Program-made: the position numbers and the translations under genes | The notes under the pieces: model-generated | Told to the model about the DNA's origin: nothing | What the model saw: the letters and a program-made list of their open reading frames with translations, nothing else | Databases searched by the model: none | Part shown: piece after piece, positions 51,804 through 52,317 of the stretch | Position numbering within the stretch: the first letter of the stretch is position 1 | Layout of the letters: each line of letters opens with the position of its first letter | Source of the DNA: Candidatus Saccharimonadota bacterium | GTDB taxonomy: Bacteria; Patescibacteriota; Saccharimonadia; Saccharimonadales; UBA7683 | Direction of reading: 5' to 3' | DNA length: 52,317 nt | Assembly (NCBI GenBank): GCA_036848695.1 | Contig: DAIUJM010000001.1 | Coordinates: 1,354 to 53,670, forward strand

Positions 51804-52317
51804 GGATAATTGCCGGTCGATACGGTAGTCGAATCATTAGGGCGCCACGTGGTTATAGAACACATCCTATGGGTGAAAGAATGAGAAGTGCGTTATTCAA
51901 TTCCCTCGGCGATCTGACAGATAAGGTGGTCTGGGACGCTTTTGCCGGTAGTGGCTCGCTTGCTATTGAAGCTGTAAGCCGTGGTGCGGCAGAGGCCATA
52001 GCCACCGAAAGTGACGGCAGGTCTTATCAGGTGCTAAAAGCAAACGTTGAAAAGCTTAACGCATATAACGTAAAAGCAATAAAAGCCAGTTGTTCTGGTT
52101 GGGGTCATAATAATGTGGATAAAAAGTTTGACATAATATTTTGCGATCCACCCTATAACGACCTGCAGTTATCCACAGTTTTTGCACTTAAATCACATTT
52201 AAAACCAAATGGGCTTATGGTATTATCATACCCAGGTAGAGAGCAAACTCCCGATGCTACTGGAGTTGTTGTGGTGGACAATCGGAATTATGGCGACGGA
52301 GCTCTTGCATACTACCG
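51800..52317 (+). CDS. rsmD: 16S rRNA (guanine966-N2)-methyltransferase RsmD, 3'-truncated by the window end
   Basis: My own translation gives VRIIAGRYGSRIIRAPRGYRTHPMGERMRSALFNSLG ... FDIIFCDPPY. GTGA overlap with the previous stop. It is not in the ORF track because no stop lies within the window. Confidence 0.8.
   Translation, partial: MRIIAGRYGSRIIRAPRGYRTHPMGERMRSALFNSLGDLTDKVVWDAFAGSGSLAIEAVSRGAAEAIATESDGRSYQVLKANVEKLNAYNVKAIKASCSGWGHNNVDKKFDIIFCDPPYNDLQLSTVFALKSHLKPNGLMVLSYPGREQTPDATGVVVVDNRNYGDGALAYY

Noticed and set aside
1-52317. A window-wide look for CRISPR arrays, tRNA/rRNA genes, transposases, integrases, prophage genes and classic defence operons (RM, TA pairs, Cas).
   Set aside because: No direct-repeat/spacer arrays were seen. 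The intergenic regions have no tRNA-like GTTCGAATC/T-arm signatures. No ORF has recombinase, RT, Cas or methylase/endonuclease motifs. Intergenic regions are too short (mostly under 130 nt) to hide such genes.

Overview
This 52.3-kb window is about 43% GC and very gene-dense, with about 52 CDS and many 1-4 nt start/stop overlaps. It looks like a reduced-genome Gram-positive-type bacterium. My guess is a CPR/Saccharibacteria-like organism, inferred only from gene content: split transketolase, scattered 23S-IVS-type four-helix-bundle genes, short Rel and a compact layout. The content is overwhelmingly housekeeping:
- Thiol redox genes: nrdH-like and trxB.
- A central-carbon block: ppa, gap, rpiB, rpe, tktN/tktC, fba and a PfkB kinase.
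- Stress, translation and DNA-maintenance genes: rel, uvrB, gatCAB, recF, dnaE, a TrmH methylase, an orphan PilB-type ATPase and malic enzyme.
- rplS-rnhB-yraN, an M1 aminopeptidase and nusA.
- clpC-radA-PIN/TRAM, PBP1A, tyrS, recG and a partial rsmD.

I saw no rRNA, tRNA, CRISPR array, transposase, integrase or phage genes.

The points that deserve a second look are:
1. Two four-helix-bundle ORFs lie inside long inverted-repeat or heptamer-repeat stems inserted into operons. A related heptamer array forms the 5' end of gatA.
2. A small TM + Rx4H (HEPN-like) ORF is translationally coupled between gatA and gatB.
3. A tight four-gene operon encodes an unknown 412-aa protein, a LOG/TIGR00725-like protein and two paralogous membrane-anchored proteins.
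4. Palindromic elements are inserted in frame in rnhB and gatA.
5. A '-10 box + 6-9 nt + start codon' architecture recurs at most transcription-unit starts and implies leaderless mRNAs.
6. TyrRS carries QIGN where the HIGH signature should be.

All family assignments come from motif recognition by eye. No searches were run.
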